Assembly: GCA_964612145.1 (NCBI GenBank)
Contig: CAZTBP010000005.1
Coordinates: forward strand, 71,749-135,748
Direction: 5' to 3'
Length of the DNA: 64,000 nucleotides
Origin: an uncultured Ignavibacteriales bacterium
Lineage (GTDB): Bacteria; Zixibacteria; MSB-5A5; GN15; FEB-12
Made by a program: the position numbers and the translations under genes. The notes below the pieces were generated by a model, which was given only the letters and a program-made list of their open reading frames with translations, was not told the DNA's origin and searched no databases. Below are positions 28,776 to 39,715 of this stretch, one piece after another; positions within the stretch are counted from its first letter, which is position 1; each line of letters opens with the position of its first letter.

Positions 28776-29964
28776 AAAGACCCCGGACAAACGGGGACGA
28801 TTCGGCGACTACGGCGGACGTTATGTACCGGAAACGGTGGTCTTCGCCCTGACCGAACTCGAGCGGGAATATGCACGAATTCGTCGCGACGCCAAGTTCC
28901 GCCGTGAACTCCAGCGCCACCTGAAGGACTTCGTCGGTCGGCCATCGCCGTTGTATTTCGCCGAACGCCTGACCGAGTATTTCGGTGGCCCACAGATCTG
29001 GTTCAAGCGCGAAGACCTTAACCATACCGGCGCGCATAAGATTAACAACGTTCTCGGTCAGATCTTGCTGGCTCGGTACATGAAAAAGGAACGGATCATT
29101 GCCGAGACCGGAGCCGGTCAGCATGGGCTGGCGACAGCGACCGTCTGCGCCCGGTTTGGTATGGGTTGTATAGTTTACATGGGTGCCGAGGATATCCGTC
29201 GCCAGAAACCGAATGTCGAGAAGATGGAACTGCTCGGCGCCGAAGTCATCCCGGTCGAAAGCGGCTCAAAAACGCTCAAAGATGCAACCAGTGAAGCCTT
29301 GCGTGACTGGGTGACCAACATTCAGGATACGTTCTACATCATCGGCTCGGTAGTCGGGCCGCATCCGTATCCGATGATAGTGCGCAATTTTCAGACCGTG
29401 ATCGGAACCGAAACCAAGCAGCAGGCGCGTCGAATTTGGGGCGGCCCGCCGGATGCGATCGTGGCCTGTGTCGGTGGCGGATCAAACGCAATTGGCATCT
29501 TTACGCCCTTTGTTAAGAACCGGCAGGTGCAGCTCATCGGTGTTGAGGCCTCAGGGCACGGTTTGAATTCAAAACAGCATGCCGCCACTCTCACCAAGGG
29601 CAAACCGGGTGTACTGCACGGATCCTTCAGCTATCTATTGTACGATCATGACGGTCAGGTAACGCTGCCTCATTCAGTATCAGCCGGCCTGGACTATCCC
29701 GGCGTCGGCCCCGAACATTCATATCTCAAAGATATTGGTAGGGTCGAATACGTTTCAGTAACCGACAAACAGGCGCTCGACGCCTTCCAGCTCACCAGTC
29801 GACTGGAGGGAATAATCCCGGCGCTGGAGACCGCGCACGCACTCGCGTATTTGGCCAAGGCAAAAAAACGCTTCCGCAGGAAAGACCGGGTCGTCGTCTG
29901 CCTGTCCGGTCGCGGCGATAAAGACATGTCGATCATAAGCGAACAGGTGGGAGGGTTCAAATGA
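28759..29964 (+). CDS. trpB: Tryptophan synthase beta chain
   Basis: [24 protein letters not shown] (PLP lysine), [14 protein letters not shown] and [13 protein letters not shown]. The ORF track starts at 28735. Confidence 0.96.
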   Translation: MAKTVKKTPDKRGRFGDYGGRYVPETVVFALTELEREYARIRRDAKFRRELQRHLKDFVGRPSPLYFAERLTEYFGGPQIWFKREDLNHTGAHKINNVLGQILLARYMKKERIIAETGAGQHGLATATVCARFGMGCIVYMGAEDIRRQKPNVEKMELLGAEVIPVESGSKTLKDATSEALRDWVTNIQDTFYIIGSVVGPHPYPMIVRNFQTVIGTETKQQARRIWGGPPDAIVACVGGGSNAIGIFTPFVKNRQVQLIGVEASGHGLNSKQHAATLTKGKPGVLHGSFSYLLYDHDGQVTLPHSVSAGLDYPGVGPEHSYLKDIGRVEYVSVTDKQALDAFQLTSRLEGIIPALETAHALAYLAKAKKRFRRKDRVVVCLSGRGDKDMSIISEQVGGFK

Positions 29965-30749
29965 ACCGCCTGCGCTCGCTCCTCCATAACACGGACCGTC
30001 GTAAAATGCTCGTGCCCTTCTTTACGGCCGGTTATCCAAGCAAAAAGGGCACAGTCGACCTGGTGAAATCGGCGGTAGATGCCGGAGCCGACATGGTCGA
30101 GATCGGGATGCCTTTTTCTGATCCGCTGGCTGATGGCCCGGCGATACAGCATTCGTCATTTGAGTCACTGAAGAGAGGTACGACGCTCAAAGAAATTCTC
30201 GGCAGCGTCGAAACGCTAAGGGAATCTATTGATGTCCCGCTGGTCCTGATGGGATACTACAACCCGTTGCTGGTTTACGGTCAGGACAGATTCCTGCGCG
30301 ATGCTGCTTCGGCCGGAGTAGATGGTCTCATCATCCCGGATTTGCCAGTTGAGGAGGGGACGGAATATACTCGTCTGATTCGAAAGCACGACCTTTCGGC
30401 CGTCTTCCTGGTGTCGCCAACTTCCACCGAACAGCGAGCGAAACTGATTGACAAAACATCGACTGATTTAGTATATGCTGTAACCGTGACCGGGGTCACG
30501 GGCACCGGCAAAGTTTTTGGGTCAAAAACCGATACTTATCTAAAGTGGCTGAAATCTGTCCTGAAAAAGCCGTTCGTCGCCGGATTCGGTGTCAGTTCAC
30601 CCGAATCGGCCCGTCGAATGGCCAGGTACAGCGACGGTGTCGTGATCGGCTCGGCCCTGGTTGAAATCATCCGGAAGTCCGGATCAAACGAACAGGCGCG
30701 TAAGCGCACGCATCGGTTCCTGAAAGACATCAGGAAGGCATTAGTATGA
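29961..30749 (+). CDS. trpA: Tryptophan synthase alpha chain
   Basis: [41 protein letters not shown] and [12 protein letters not shown] overlap with trpB. Confidence 0.95.
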   Translation: MNRLRSLLHNTDRRKMLVPFFTAGYPSKKGTVDLVKSAVDAGADMVEIGMPFSDPLADGPAIQHSSFESLKRGTTLKEILGSVETLRESIDVPLVLMGYYNPLLVYGQDRFLRDAASAGVDGLIIPDLPVEEGTEYTRLIRKHDLSAVFLVSPTSTEQRAKLIDKTSTDLVYAVTVTGVTGTGKVFGSKTDTYLKWLKSVLKKPFVAGFGVSSPESARRMARYSDGVVIGSALVEIIRKSGSNEQARKRTHRFLKDIRKALV

Positions 30750-31036
30750 CCGAAAAACAAATCGACGAAATTCGCAAGCAGATCGACGACATTGATGGCC
30801 GTCTGCTGGATTTGCTCAATTCCCGCGCAGGGCTGGTGCTCCAGTTGGCCGAGGTGAAAATCGCTTACGGTCTGAAGCTCTTTGATCCGGAGCGAGAGAA
30901 ATTCATCTTCGAACGAGTTACCGGTGAGAATCCGGGACCGCTGTCCAAAGAAGCCGTAACCCGCTTGTTCGAACGGGTGATCGATGAATCACGGCGACTG
31001 GAGCGGACCGAAGTCTACGACAAGAAGCAGGAATAG
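30746..31036 (+). CDS. Chorismate mutase, free-standing AroQ class (CM_2)
   Basis: 96 aa. IRKQIDDIDGRLLDLLNSRAGLVLQLAEVK...DPEREKFIFERV is the helical AroQ-type CM pattern. ATGA overlap with trpA, and 8 nt before the DAH7PS gene. Confidence 0.85.
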   Translation: MTEKQIDEIRKQIDDIDGRLLDLLNSRAGLVLQLAEVKIAYGLKLFDPEREKFIFERVTGENPGPLSKEAVTRLFERVIDESRRLERTEVYDKKQE

Positions 31037-31044
31037 GCACAACC

Positions 31045-32058
31045 ATGATCGTCATAATGAAAGAAAACGCCACGGACGAACAGATCCAAAATGTGGTCGG
31101 CCGTCTCCTTGACCAGGGCTTTGACATTCACCGGTCCACCGGCGCTACACAGACCGTTCTCGGTGTAGTCGGCGACACCCATACGGTCGACACCCGCACC
31201 TTTGAGATAATCGAAGGCGTTCAGGAAGTAGTCCGGATCACCGAACCATATAAGCTGGTTGGACGGACGTTCAAGCCGAATAATACCGTTATCAAGATGA
31301 AGGACGCGGAAATCGGGGGAGATAAAGTCACCCTGATGGCCGGCCCGTGCTCCATCGAGAGTCGCGACCAGATCAAGCAGATTGCCAAATTCGTAAGATC
31401 CACCGGCACTACTATACTTCGCGGCGGCGCCTACAAACCGCGCTCTTCGCCATATTCGTTCCAGGGGCTGGGTGAGGAAGGCCTGAAATACATGCGCGAG
31501 GCGGGCGACCAGTACGGACTTGCTATCGTTTCCGAAGTAATGGACCGCATGGATATCATCCCGGCCCTGAAGTATGTCGACATAATTCAGGTCGGTGCTC
31601 GTAACATGCAAAATTTCGCCCTGCTGAAAGAACTCGGAAAAGTCGATAAACCGATCTTGCTAAAGCGGGGGATGTCGGCTACCTTAAAAGAGTTGCTGAT
31701 GGCCGCCGAGTATATTATGGCCGGTGGCAACCACGAAGTGATTCTGTGTGAACGCGGTATCCGGACGTTTGAGAACTATACCCGCAACACGCTTGATATC
31801 TCGGCTATTCCGGTGCTCAAGAAGCTGACGCACCTGCCGGTTATCGCGGACCCGTCGCACGGCACCGGTATTCGCAACAAAGTTGCCCCGATGGCTAGGG
31901 CGTCCGTTGCCGCCGGGGCGGACGGACTGATTATTGAGGTTCATTACGATCCTGATAAGGCGATGTCCGACGGCGCCCAGACACTTTATTTCGAGCAGTA
32001 CGAACAGCTTGTCAAAGAGTGTGCGATTATTGCCACGGCGGTCAACCGCTCGATCTGA
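31045..32058 (+). CDS. 3-deoxy-7-phosphoheptulonate (DAH7P) synthase, type I-beta with N-terminal ferredoxin-like regulatory domain (copy 1)
   Basis: 337 aa, colinear with T. maritima DAH7PS. N-terminus [31 protein letters not shown]...VLGVVGD, then [50 protein letters not shown] and ADPSHGTG. Confidence 0.92.
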   Translation: MIVIMKENATDEQIQNVVGRLLDQGFDIHRSTGATQTVLGVVGDTHTVDTRTFEIIEGVQEVVRITEPYKLVGRTFKPNNTVIKMKDAEIGGDKVTLMAGPCSIESRDQIKQIAKFVRSTGTTILRGGAYKPRSSPYSFQGLGEEGLKYMREAGDQYGLAIVSEVMDRMDIIPALKYVDIIQVGARNMQNFALLKELGKVDKPILLKRGMSATLKELLMAAEYIMAGGNHEVILCERGIRTFENYTRNTLDISAIPVLKKLTHLPVIADPSHGTGIRNKVAPMARASVAAGADGLIIEVHYDPDKAMSDGAQTLYFEQYEQLVKECAIIATAVNRSI

Positions 32059-32122
32059 TTGCCGGCACGGTCCGCATTGACGCGGCCGAAACATTGGATG
32101 TAAGAAAACCGAATAGGATTCC

Positions 32123-33955
32123 ATGGCTACCGATAAGTATAAGGCGCAGTTTGCGAAAGCTGTTGCCCTCGCCTTTCAAAAAGTCTACCCCGAAAAGTAC
32201 AATGAAGCCGGCGACGAACAGGTTTTCAGCCCCGATTTCATTCTGTCCCATTTGGAGAAACCAAAAGATCCCCGGATGGGGCGGTTTGCATTACCGGTCT
32301 TTCGATTCGGAAAACTCCTGCAGGACAAGCCACCTTCAATCTCACGGAAAGTTGCCGAAGCGACCGGCAGCAACGGAGGAGACGTCGTGATGGTCAAAAT
32401 TGAGGCCGCCGGTGGTTTTTTAAACGCCCGCATCGACAGCACCGCTCTGTCGCAGGAGACGGTCAGCAACATCCTGAGCGACCAACAGAGCTACGGAAGG
32501 TCTTTGGTCGGCGAAGGCAAAACTGAATTGGTGGAATACTCCTCGGTCAATATCGCCAAACCGTTTGGAATCGGGCACCTTCGCACGACAATCCTCGGAA
32601 ACTCCCTTAGACGGATATTTCTCAAGCTCGGCTACGATACAGTCGGGGTCAATTACCTCGGCGACTGGGGTACGCAGTTCGGCAAGATGATCGTGGCCTA
32701 TCGGCTGTGGGGCCGGGATCTTGACCTGACGGAAAACCCGGTCGAAAAACTGGTCAAGCTGTATGTCCGGTTCCACCAGGAGGCTGAGGACAACCCCGAA
32801 CTCGATGATCTCGCACGAAAGGCCTTCCGCAACCTGGAAACAGGTGAGGCCGATGAAACTGCACTGTGGGAACGATTCAAGGAACTGTCTCTTCAGGAGT
32901 TCATGCGCGTCTACCGACGGCTCGGGGTTGAATTCGATCTCATCAGCGGCGAGGCGTTTTTCAACGACAAGATGGAGGCTGTGATCGAGCGGTTCGAAAA
33001 GGCGGGACTCGTATCGCAGTCACAGGGCGCGACGATAATTGATTTGCAGGATGATCAGCTTCCGCCACTGCTGTTGAAGAAAGCCGACGGCGCCACTCTC
33101 TACGCCACCCGCGACCTCGCCAACGCCCTTTGGCGCTGGGAGAACTACCGGTTCGAAGAGTGCCTCTATGTGGTGGCCACCCAGCAGGCCGATCATTTCA
33201 AGCAGGTCTTCAAGGCCATTGCCATGCTGGAGGAAGCCGAAGGACTGCGCGCAGAGGATCGAGTTGCCAGTCGTTTGAAACATGTTGATTTCGGCTGGGT
33301 TACCTTTATCGAACCCGCCGGGGACGGCGGCGAAAAGGCGAAAAAGAAAATGTCCACTCGGGCCGGCAATGTCATCTGGCTTGAGGATGTTATTACCAAA
33401 GCCGTCGCGCTCGCACGAGAGAAGATACTTGAAAAGAATCCCGAATTGGAGGCACTCGACAGGACGGCCGAGATGATTGGCATCGGTGCGGTAATGTTCG
33501 CACAGATGTCGCTCCGCCGGCACAAGGACGTGAATTTCGACTGGGACGAAGTCCTCAATTTCGAAGGCGAAACCGGTCCGTACCTGCAGTACACCCACGC
33601 CCGCCTCTGTTCGCTTCTGCGCAACTACGGCGGGGAGCCGTCGCCGTCGTTTGATCCCACTCTTCTTGACCGCGAGGAGGAGCAGCGAGTCGTTGAACTG
33701 CTCGCCGATTTCCCGTCCGCGATCGAGGATGCCGCGCGCAATTATGATCCGGTGTATATTGCCCAGCATCTGCTTCGGCTGGGGGCTGCATTCAACAAGT
33801 TTTACCAGCGCAAGACTGAGGACGGACGAATCGAAAAGATTATATCTGAGGACACGGCGCTGACCGAGGCCCGGATCGCCCTGGTGAAGTCGGTCCAGAT
33901 AGTCATCAACGAAGGACTCCGCCTGCTTGGCATTCAAGCGCCGGAAGAGATGTAA
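32123..33955 (+). CDS. argS: Arginine--tRNA ligase
   Basis: 610 aa. SSVNIAKPFGIGHLRTTILGNSL (HIGH-region equivalent), DGATLYATRDLA, MSTRAGNVI (KMSK equivalent), the C-terminal anticodon-binding region and a terminal ...EEM. Confidence 0.93.
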   Translation: MATDKYKAQFAKAVALAFQKVYPEKYNEAGDEQVFSPDFILSHLEKPKDPRMGRFALPVFRFGKLLQDKPPSISRKVAEATGSNGGDVVMVKIEAAGGFLNARIDSTALSQETVSNILSDQQSYGRSLVGEGKTELVEYSSVNIAKPFGIGHLRTTILGNSLRRIFLKLGYDTVGVNYLGDWGTQFGKMIVAYRLWGRDLDLTENPVEKLVKLYVRFHQEAEDNPELDDLARKAFRNLETGEADETALWERFKELSLQEFMRVYRRLGVEFDLISGEAFFNDKMEAVIERFEKAGLVSQSQGATIIDLQDDQLPPLLLKKADGATLYATRDLANALWRWENYRFEECLYVVATQQADHFKQVFKAIAMLEEAEGLRAEDRVASRLKHVDFGWVTFIEPAGDGGEKAKKKMSTRAGNVIWLEDVITKAVALAREKILEKNPELEALDRTAEMIGIGAVMFAQMSLRRHKDVNFDWDEVLNFEGETGPYLQYTHARLCSLLRNYGGEPSPSFDPTLLDREEEQRVVELLADFPSAIEDAARNYDPVYIAQHLLRLGAAFNKFYQRKTEDGRIEKIISEDTALTEARIALVKSVQIVINEGLRLLGIQAPEEM

Positions 33956-33958
33956 GCC

Positions 33959-34816
33959 ATGGCCGGATCGACTCCCCGAATCAAAAAGGTTACTGTCTGC
34001 GGCTTCGGGCTGATCGGCGGAAGTATCGCACTTGATCTTCAGAAATACGGCAGCAAGAAAATTGAAGTCGTGGCCTACGACCGCAAACCGGTGCTGGCAA
34101 AAATCCGCCGCGACGACCGTTTTCGCGGTTCCACCAGCTCGATCCTCCGAAAAGCAGTCGCCGGTGCCGATATCGTCGTTCTCTCAGCAACTCATATAGG
34201 CAACGAAGGCTTACTTCGAGAACTCGCCGGCTTCGATGAACTGACCGACTGCCTGATTGTCGACACCGGGGCAGTTAAACTGCCGATTGCCGAGCTCGCC
34301 GAGTCGCTGAAATTCCCGAAGGGAACAGAGTTCCTGCCCAGCCATCCGATGGCTGGTAAGGAAAAGGCCGGCTTCACAAATTCAGAGACCGGCATTTTCA
34401 AGAATCATACCTGGTTTGTGGATGAACTGGCGAACCTAAGCCAGACCGGTCGGGCGAAACGAGACTGGCTGCTAAAAAAGACAGGGTCCTCGCCGGTGTA
34501 TATCAGCAGCAGCCTCCACGATGAGCTGGTTTCAGAGATTTCTCACCTTCCCCAGTTGATTTCGACTATATTGGGTGCCCAGGTTAAACCGGAGATGATC
34601 CAGCTTTCCGGCCCGGGACTAAAGTCGATGCTTCGACTGGCGGGATCGCCATACAGCGTGTGGCAGGAAATTATTGACCAGAACCGAGAAAAGATTGTTG
34701 AAGCGCTCGAACTTTATCAGGATAATATAGGCCTGATTGTTGACTTGATTCGGAAAAGAAAATCGCTTGAGGAAGTGTTTACCTCGGCGGCCAGGAGTTA
34801 TAAATGCTTGTCGTAA
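33959..34816 (+). CDS. tyrA: Prephenate (or arogenate) dehydrogenase
   Basis: [17 protein letters not shown] Rossmann motif, SHPMAGKE, and [14 protein letters not shown] in the C-terminal dimerisation domain. It starts 3 nt after the argS stop. Confidence 0.85.
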   Translation: MAGSTPRIKKVTVCGFGLIGGSIALDLQKYGSKKIEVVAYDRKPVLAKIRRDDRFRGSTSSILRKAVAGADIVVLSATHIGNEGLLRELAGFDELTDCLIVDTGAVKLPIAELAESLKFPKGTEFLPSHPMAGKEKAGFTNSETGIFKNHTWFVDELANLSQTGRAKRDWLLKKTGSSPVYISSSLHDELVSEISHLPQLISTILGAQVKPEMIQLSGPGLKSMLRLAGSPYSVWQEIIDQNREKIVEALELYQDNIGLIVDLIRKRKSLEEVFTSAARSYKCLS

Positions 34817-35820
34817 TGGAAACCGCCGCCCCCAAAGAGGCGATCGATCATGTCTGCAAACTGATCGAGGAAATGGGGCTCACCGCGCACCCGATGCCCG
34901 GCGCCCAGCGCACCGCGATCGGGGTCACCGGCAACAAATCGCAAGTCGATGCCGACCGGATACTCACCCAGACCGGAGTCAAAGAGATCATCCATGTTAC
35001 CAAACCGTACAAACTGGTCAGCAGGGAGTTTTTTCCCGAGGACTCGGTCATAGACATTGGTGGGGTCAAAGTCGGTGGGGATGCGTTTGTCATCATGGCC
35101 GGTCCCTGCTCGGTCGAGAGCCGAGACCAGACTCTGACGGTGGCCGAAGCGGTGGCTAAAAGTGGAGCTCATATTCTCCGAGGCGGCGCCTATAAGCCGA
35201 GAACCTCGCCGTACTCTTTTCAAGGACTCAAGGAAGAGGGGCTGAAGATCCTGGCCGAAGCGCGCGAGAAATTTGGTCTTAAGATTGTTACTGAAGCCCT
35301 CGATACCGAAACGATAGATCTCGTGGTGGATTATGCCGACATCATCCAGATCGGCGCCCGCAATATGCAGAATTACACGCTGTTGCGCAGAGCAGGCCGC
35401 GCCAAAAAGCCCGTATTGCTAAAACGGGGACTCTCTGCGACGGTTGACGAACTGCTTATGGCAGCGGAATATGTTATGTCCGAGGGAAACCGAAATGTCA
35501 TCCTGTGCGAACGCGGGGTCCGGACCTTTGCCGATCACACCCGCAATACGCTGGATCTCTCCGCAATACCGTATGTCCAACGGGCCAGCCATCTCCCGAT
35601 AATCGCCGACCCGAGTCACGGCACCGGCCGCAAAGACAAAGTCCTCCCGCTCTCGCGTGCCTCCCTGGCGGTCGGAGCGAACGGGCTGCTGATTGAAGTG
35701 CACAACGACCCGGCCAAGGCGCTCTCCGACGGCCCCCAGTCGTTAACGCCAGAGATGTTCGAACAACTCATGAAAGAACTGCGGGAGCTGGCTCCCGTGA
35801 TTGGCAGGACTATTGCATGA
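34804..35820 (+). CDS. DAH7P synthase, type I-beta with N-terminal ferredoxin-like regulatory domain (copy 2)
   Basis: 338 aa. [31 protein letters not shown]...AIGVTGN, then [49 protein letters not shown] and ADPSHGTG. By eye it is closer to the T. maritima enzyme than copy 1. Confidence 0.92.
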   Translation: MLVVMETAAPKEAIDHVCKLIEEMGLTAHPMPGAQRTAIGVTGNKSQVDADRILTQTGVKEIIHVTKPYKLVSREFFPEDSVIDIGGVKVGGDAFVIMAGPCSVESRDQTLTVAEAVAKSGAHILRGGAYKPRTSPYSFQGLKEEGLKILAEAREKFGLKIVTEALDTETIDLVVDYADIIQIGARNMQNYTLLRRAGRAKKPVLLKRGLSATVDELLMAAEYVMSEGNRNVILCERGVRTFADHTRNTLDLSAIPYVQRASHLPIIADPSHGTGRKDKVLPLSRASLAVGANGLLIEVHNDPAKALSDGPQSLTPEMFEQLMKELRELAPVIGRTIA

Positions 35821-37160
35821 GGGAGCTGCAGCCCCGTCGAGTCAAGGACACGACGCTGCGAGTCCCGGGCGATAAGTCTATCGCACACCGGGCGGCCCTG
35901 CTGTCTATTCTGTCCGCCGGACCGGTGAGTATCCAGAATTTTCCTGACAACGCCGACTGTCGTTCCTCGCTTGAAGCAGCTAAATCCCTTGGCGTAACCG
36001 TGCAGCAGCAAGGTGCCGCCCTCAGGCTCGCACCGCCTGAGACTTTGTCGGTCGATCCCGATACCACAATCGATTGCGCCAATTCCGGTACGACGGCCCG
36101 GCTGCTGTCCGGTATTCTCGCCGGATCGAGTGTTGAAGTGACGCTCACCGGCGACGACTCGCTTCGATCAAGACCGATGAAACGAATCATAGGTCCGCTG
36201 ACCGAGATGGGTGCCGGTATCGCCGCTGAGGATGACCGCCTGCCGATGCGAATCAGAGGCGCCAAACTGCTCCCGTTCGAATACCGCCTGCCGGTCGCCT
36301 CGGCGCAGGTCAAATCGGCCATCTTGCTGGCCGGACTTGCTTCACGGTGCTCTGTGACGGTCCGCGAAGATGCAATCACCCGCGACCACACGGAAATCAT
36401 GATTGACCATCTCGGCGACGGTATCGAGAGCCGCGAGATCAAACCAATTCTCATGCAGGATCCGATAGACCCGCGCAAGAAGAAGATGCAGATGCCGGAG
36501 CCGTTTAAAAAGGAAGTTAAGCTGCTGTCTCGAGCGACTATTCACGGCGGCGAGGTTGACATTCCCGGTGACATTTCCACCGCGGCGTTTTTCTTTGCAG
36601 CCGCAGCTATATCCGGCAAATCTATCACAGTAGAACACGTCGGCCTGAACGCAACCCGTACCGCCTTTCTCGACCACTTGAGGTCCATTGGAGCTAAAGT
36701 GGAAATTACTGAGAAGAAAATCGTTTCGGGCGAACCGCGAGGCAGAGTGAGTGTCACCGGCGGTAAATTAAAGAATCGACGCATCGGCGGCGAAACAACT
36801 GTGGGACTTATCGACGAGATACCGATTGTTGCAGTCATGGCCGCATTTGCCGAGGGAACAACGGTCGTTCGCGATGCCGCGGAACTTCGAGTCAAAGAAT
36901 CGGATCGACTGACTGCGACGGTTGAGAATCTCAAACGCATGAATGTAAAGTGCGGTTTGTTGGAGGATGGTATTGCAGTCGAGGGCGGGGGACAGGAGTT
37001 TGAGGGAGCCCATTTTGAAACCTTCGGGGACCACCGTATCGCGATGGCGTTTGCAATCGCATCGCTGTTTGTCAGCACTCGCTCAACGCTGGACAACCCG
37101 GATGTAGTGGGCGTCTCCTGCCCGATCTTTTTTGATCTCTTGCACTCAATCGGATCATGA
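35817..37160 (+). CDS. aroA: 3-phosphoshikimate 1-carboxyvinyltransferase (EPSP synthase)
   Basis: [38 protein letters not shown] and GDHRIAM motifs. ATGA overlap upstream. Confidence 0.95.
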   Translation: MRELQPRRVKDTTLRVPGDKSIAHRAALLSILSAGPVSIQNFPDNADCRSSLEAAKSLGVTVQQQGAALRLAPPETLSVDPDTTIDCANSGTTARLLSGILAGSSVEVTLTGDDSLRSRPMKRIIGPLTEMGAGIAAEDDRLPMRIRGAKLLPFEYRLPVASAQVKSAILLAGLASRCSVTVREDAITRDHTEIMIDHLGDGIESREIKPILMQDPIDPRKKKMQMPEPFKKEVKLLSRATIHGGEVDIPGDISTAAFFFAAAAISGKSITVEHVGLNATRTAFLDHLRSIGAKVEITEKKIVSGEPRGRVSVTGGKLKNRRIGGETTVGLIDEIPIVAVMAAFAEGTTVVRDAAELRVKESDRLTATVENLKRMNVKCGLLEDGIAVEGGGQEFEGAHFETFGDHRIAMAFAIASLFVSTRSTLDNPDVVGVSCPIFFDLLHSIGS

Positions 37161-38023
37161 GTAATCCAATTTATGCATTTGGCCTGATCGGCCATAATAT
37201 CGGCTATTCCCGTTCGCCGGAGGTATTTGACGCTATCTTTGCGGCTGATGACGTAGAAGGCTCCTTTGAACTGTTCGACATCGAGCCGGAGAGCTTTGAC
37301 AAGAGATTTAATGAGATTCTTGATTCTCATACTCAGGCCGTCTCGGTCACCATTCCGTACAAGCAGCGAGTAATCGAGTATTTGAACGAGCTTGATGATG
37401 CCGCGAGGACTCTTGGTGCAGTGAATTCAATTGCTCTGGGTCGGAAGCGACATGGATTCAACACCGATATTACCGGTTTTGCCTACCCGCTTGAGAACCA
37501 CAAAGCGCGCCTGTCAAACGGTCGGGCCCTGGTCCTCGGCGCCGGAGGAGCGGCCCGGGCTGCGACCTACGGACTACGCTCCCGATTTGATATCCGTCGG
37601 ATCAATATCATGTCTCGTACCGAAGCGACGATCGTTGCCGCGCGCGAGACTCTTTGCTCGCGCCTGCCGGATCTCGTACTACAGAACATTACACCGCAGC
37701 AGCTTGCTGACAACAAGTCCGAGCGCTGGGATATAGCAGTCAATGCCACTCCACTAGCCGGACCGAATCATCCTGAAGAATCACCGCTGCCCGACAACTT
37801 TGACTGGAACAAAACCGGCATCTACTACGACCTGAATTACAATCAGGATAATCATCTGCTGTCAATGGCGCGCGACGGTGGATGTCTCGTTTTTGACGGC
37901 ACCCCCATGCTTATCGCTCAGGCAATCGAGTCGTATCGCCTCTGGACCGGCCGGGAAGTTGCCTTCGATTCCGTCTTCCAGAAGGTCTTCCCCGATCAAA
38001 GCAAGAAACCGCAAGCACGATGA
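37157..38023 (+). CDS. aroE: Shikimate dehydrogenase
   Basis: FGLIGHNIGYSRSP, SVTIPYK, GAVNS, NTD and LGAGGAARA motifs. ATGA overlaps at both ends. Confidence 0.9.
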   Translation: MSNPIYAFGLIGHNIGYSRSPEVFDAIFAADDVEGSFELFDIEPESFDKRFNEILDSHTQAVSVTIPYKQRVIEYLNELDDAARTLGAVNSIALGRKRHGFNTDITGFAYPLENHKARLSNGRALVLGAGGAARAATYGLRSRFDIRRINIMSRTEATIVAARETLCSRLPDLVLQNITPQQLADNKSERWDIAVNATPLAGPNHPEESPLPDNFDWNKTGIYYDLNYNQDNHLLSMARDGGCLVFDGTPMLIAQAIESYRLWTGREVAFDSVFQKVFPDQSKKPQAR

Positions 38024-38583
38024 CGATCACCGGCCACATATTCCTGATCGGCCTGCCCGGCAGCGGGAAATCTACACTCGGAGAGAAATTGGCCCAAAGC
38101 CTGGGACTTGATTCCGTCGACACCGATAACCTGATGGAGCAACGAACAGGAAAATCGATTACGCAGATCTTCGATGAGGATGGAGAAGAGCAGTTCCGCC
38201 GTCTCGAATCAGAGATCATCTCTGAACTGGCTTCGCAGGAGTTAACACCATCGGTCGTCGCATTGGGCGGCGGAGCTTTTCAAAGACCGGAAAACAAGGC
38301 AGCTATCAAGGCGGCAGGTGTAACGATTTACTTGCAGAATAATCCCAGGCGTCTGGTACCGTTTCTGCTGGCAAAAAGCAACCGTCCCATGCTGAGGCCG
38401 GAACCGGTTGACAGCCGTACCCAGACCGAACAACTTGAGGCGAAACTGGCGTCGCTGCTGAGAGAGCGAAAAGAAAACTACGAAACGGCTGACTTTGTGG
38501 TACCATGCGATTTGCTGACAAACCAGACTGAACAGGTAGAGGCAATAGTCAAGTTCCTGCAGAACAGATATGGCACAGATTAG
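38020..38583 (+). CDS. aroK: Shikimate kinase
   Basis: IFLIGLPGSGKSTLG Walker A, FRRLE and ALGGGA motifs. Confidence 0.9.
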   Translation: MTITGHIFLIGLPGSGKSTLGEKLAQSLGLDSVDTDNLMEQRTGKSITQIFDEDGEEQFRRLESEIISELASQELTPSVVALGGGAFQRPENKAAIKAAGVTIYLQNNPRRLVPFLLAKSNRPMLRPEPVDSRTQTEQLEAKLASLLRERKENYETADFVVPCDLLTNQTEQVEAIVKFLQNRYGTD

Positions 38584-39715
38584 AGTCAATCTCGGCGACC
38601 GAAGCTACCCTATTAGTGTCGGTAGCGGTAAGTGGGAAAACGAATTGAGCCGCAGGGTCAAAGCGGTCGTGCGTTCCGAAGCGAAGGTTTTTGTCCTATC
38701 AGATGCCAACGTCTATTCTTTGTTTGGATCACCCATCGCAGCGGCAGTTCATCGATCAGAACGAACAGCGATTGAATTGACATTGCCCGCCGGGGAAAAG
38801 ACTAAGAGCGTCCGATACCTCAACGACATTCATACGTTTCTTCTCGATCACAAAGTCACCCGATATGACCTGATTGTCGCTGCGGGCGGTGGCGTTCTGA
38901 CCGACCTGGCCGGATATGCAGCAGCAACCGTGCTTCGGGGCATCCGATGGGGAGCCGTTTCCACCACGCTGCTGGGCATGGCCGACGCTGCCATCGGCGG
39001 CAAAACCGGTATCAACCACCCGCTCGGCAAAAACCTCATCGGCGCTTTCTGGCAGCCGTCGTTCGTGATCTGTGACACCGACTTCCTCCAGACATTGCCC
39101 GTGCGACAACTGATCGCCGGGCTCGGTGAAGTCGTCAAATACGCCGGCCTTGCCGGTGACGATTTTTTAGCCGAAATCAAGCGTTATCTTTCCGCCGGCG
39201 ATCTGCTCGATGAACGTCGTCTCCGAAAGCTGATAAGCCTCTCCGCTGCATACAAAGCCGACATCGTTTCGCGCGACGAACGAGAGGGGAAACTTCGGAT
39301 GCTGCTCAACCTCGGTCACACCTTCGGTCATGGAATCGAACAGTCGCTCGGTTTCGTGCGGTTGTTACATGGCGAGGCGGTGCTGATCGGCCTGCTTGGA
39401 GCAATCGAATTGAGCTGTCTGCTCAAACCGTCTCGCACAGGCCGCCTGCACGCCTATCGTGAACTTGTGTTCCACCTGGTATCGTCACTGCCGAAACGAA
39501 AGATTTCTGCCGATAAAGTTATTGATGCCATGGCCCGAGACAAAAAACGTCGTGAGAAGGCACAGAGATTTGTCTTGATTGACCGTCCCGGTCAACCGTT
39601 TATTACGCACGATGTATCGCAGCAAGCCGTGCGGGAGGCCGTGACGGCAATGCTGGAGCACTATAAAGCCAAAGGAGTTCGGCATGCCAAAGGTCCTGAT
39701 CGTAAACGGACCTAA
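38570..39715 (+). CDS. aroB: 3-dehydroquinate synthase
   Basis: AAGGGVLTDLAGYAAAT, GGKTGIN, LNLGHTFGH and HGEAV metal/NAD motifs. Confidence 0.92.
   Translation: MAQIRVNLGDRSYPISVGSGKWENELSRRVKAVVRSEAKVFVLSDANVYSLFGSPIAAAVHRSERTAIELTLPAGEKTKSVRYLNDIHTFLLDHKVTRYDLIVAAGGGVLTDLAGYAAATVLRGIRWGAVSTTLLGMADAAIGGKTGINHPLGKNLIGAFWQPSFVICDTDFLQTLPVRQLIAGLGEVVKYAGLAGDDFLAEIKRYLSAGDLLDERRLRKLISLSAAYKADIVSRDEREGKLRMLLNLGHTFGHGIEQSLGFVRLLHGEAVLIGLLGAIELSCLLKPSRTGRLHAYRELVFHLVSSLPKRKISADKVIDAMARDKKRREKAQRFVLIDRPGQPFITHDVSQQAVREAVTAMLEHYKAKGVRHAKGPDRKRT

Noticed and set aside
33020-37330. Several 220-305-aa minus-strand ORFs (33020-33937, 35810-36478, 36542-37330); similar ones lie at 46738-47550, 51482-52285, 53596-54342 and 58838-59599
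   Set aside because: All lie antisense to confidently identified plus-strand genes (argS, aroA, lptD, ftsK, rimO, polA) and show no motifs.
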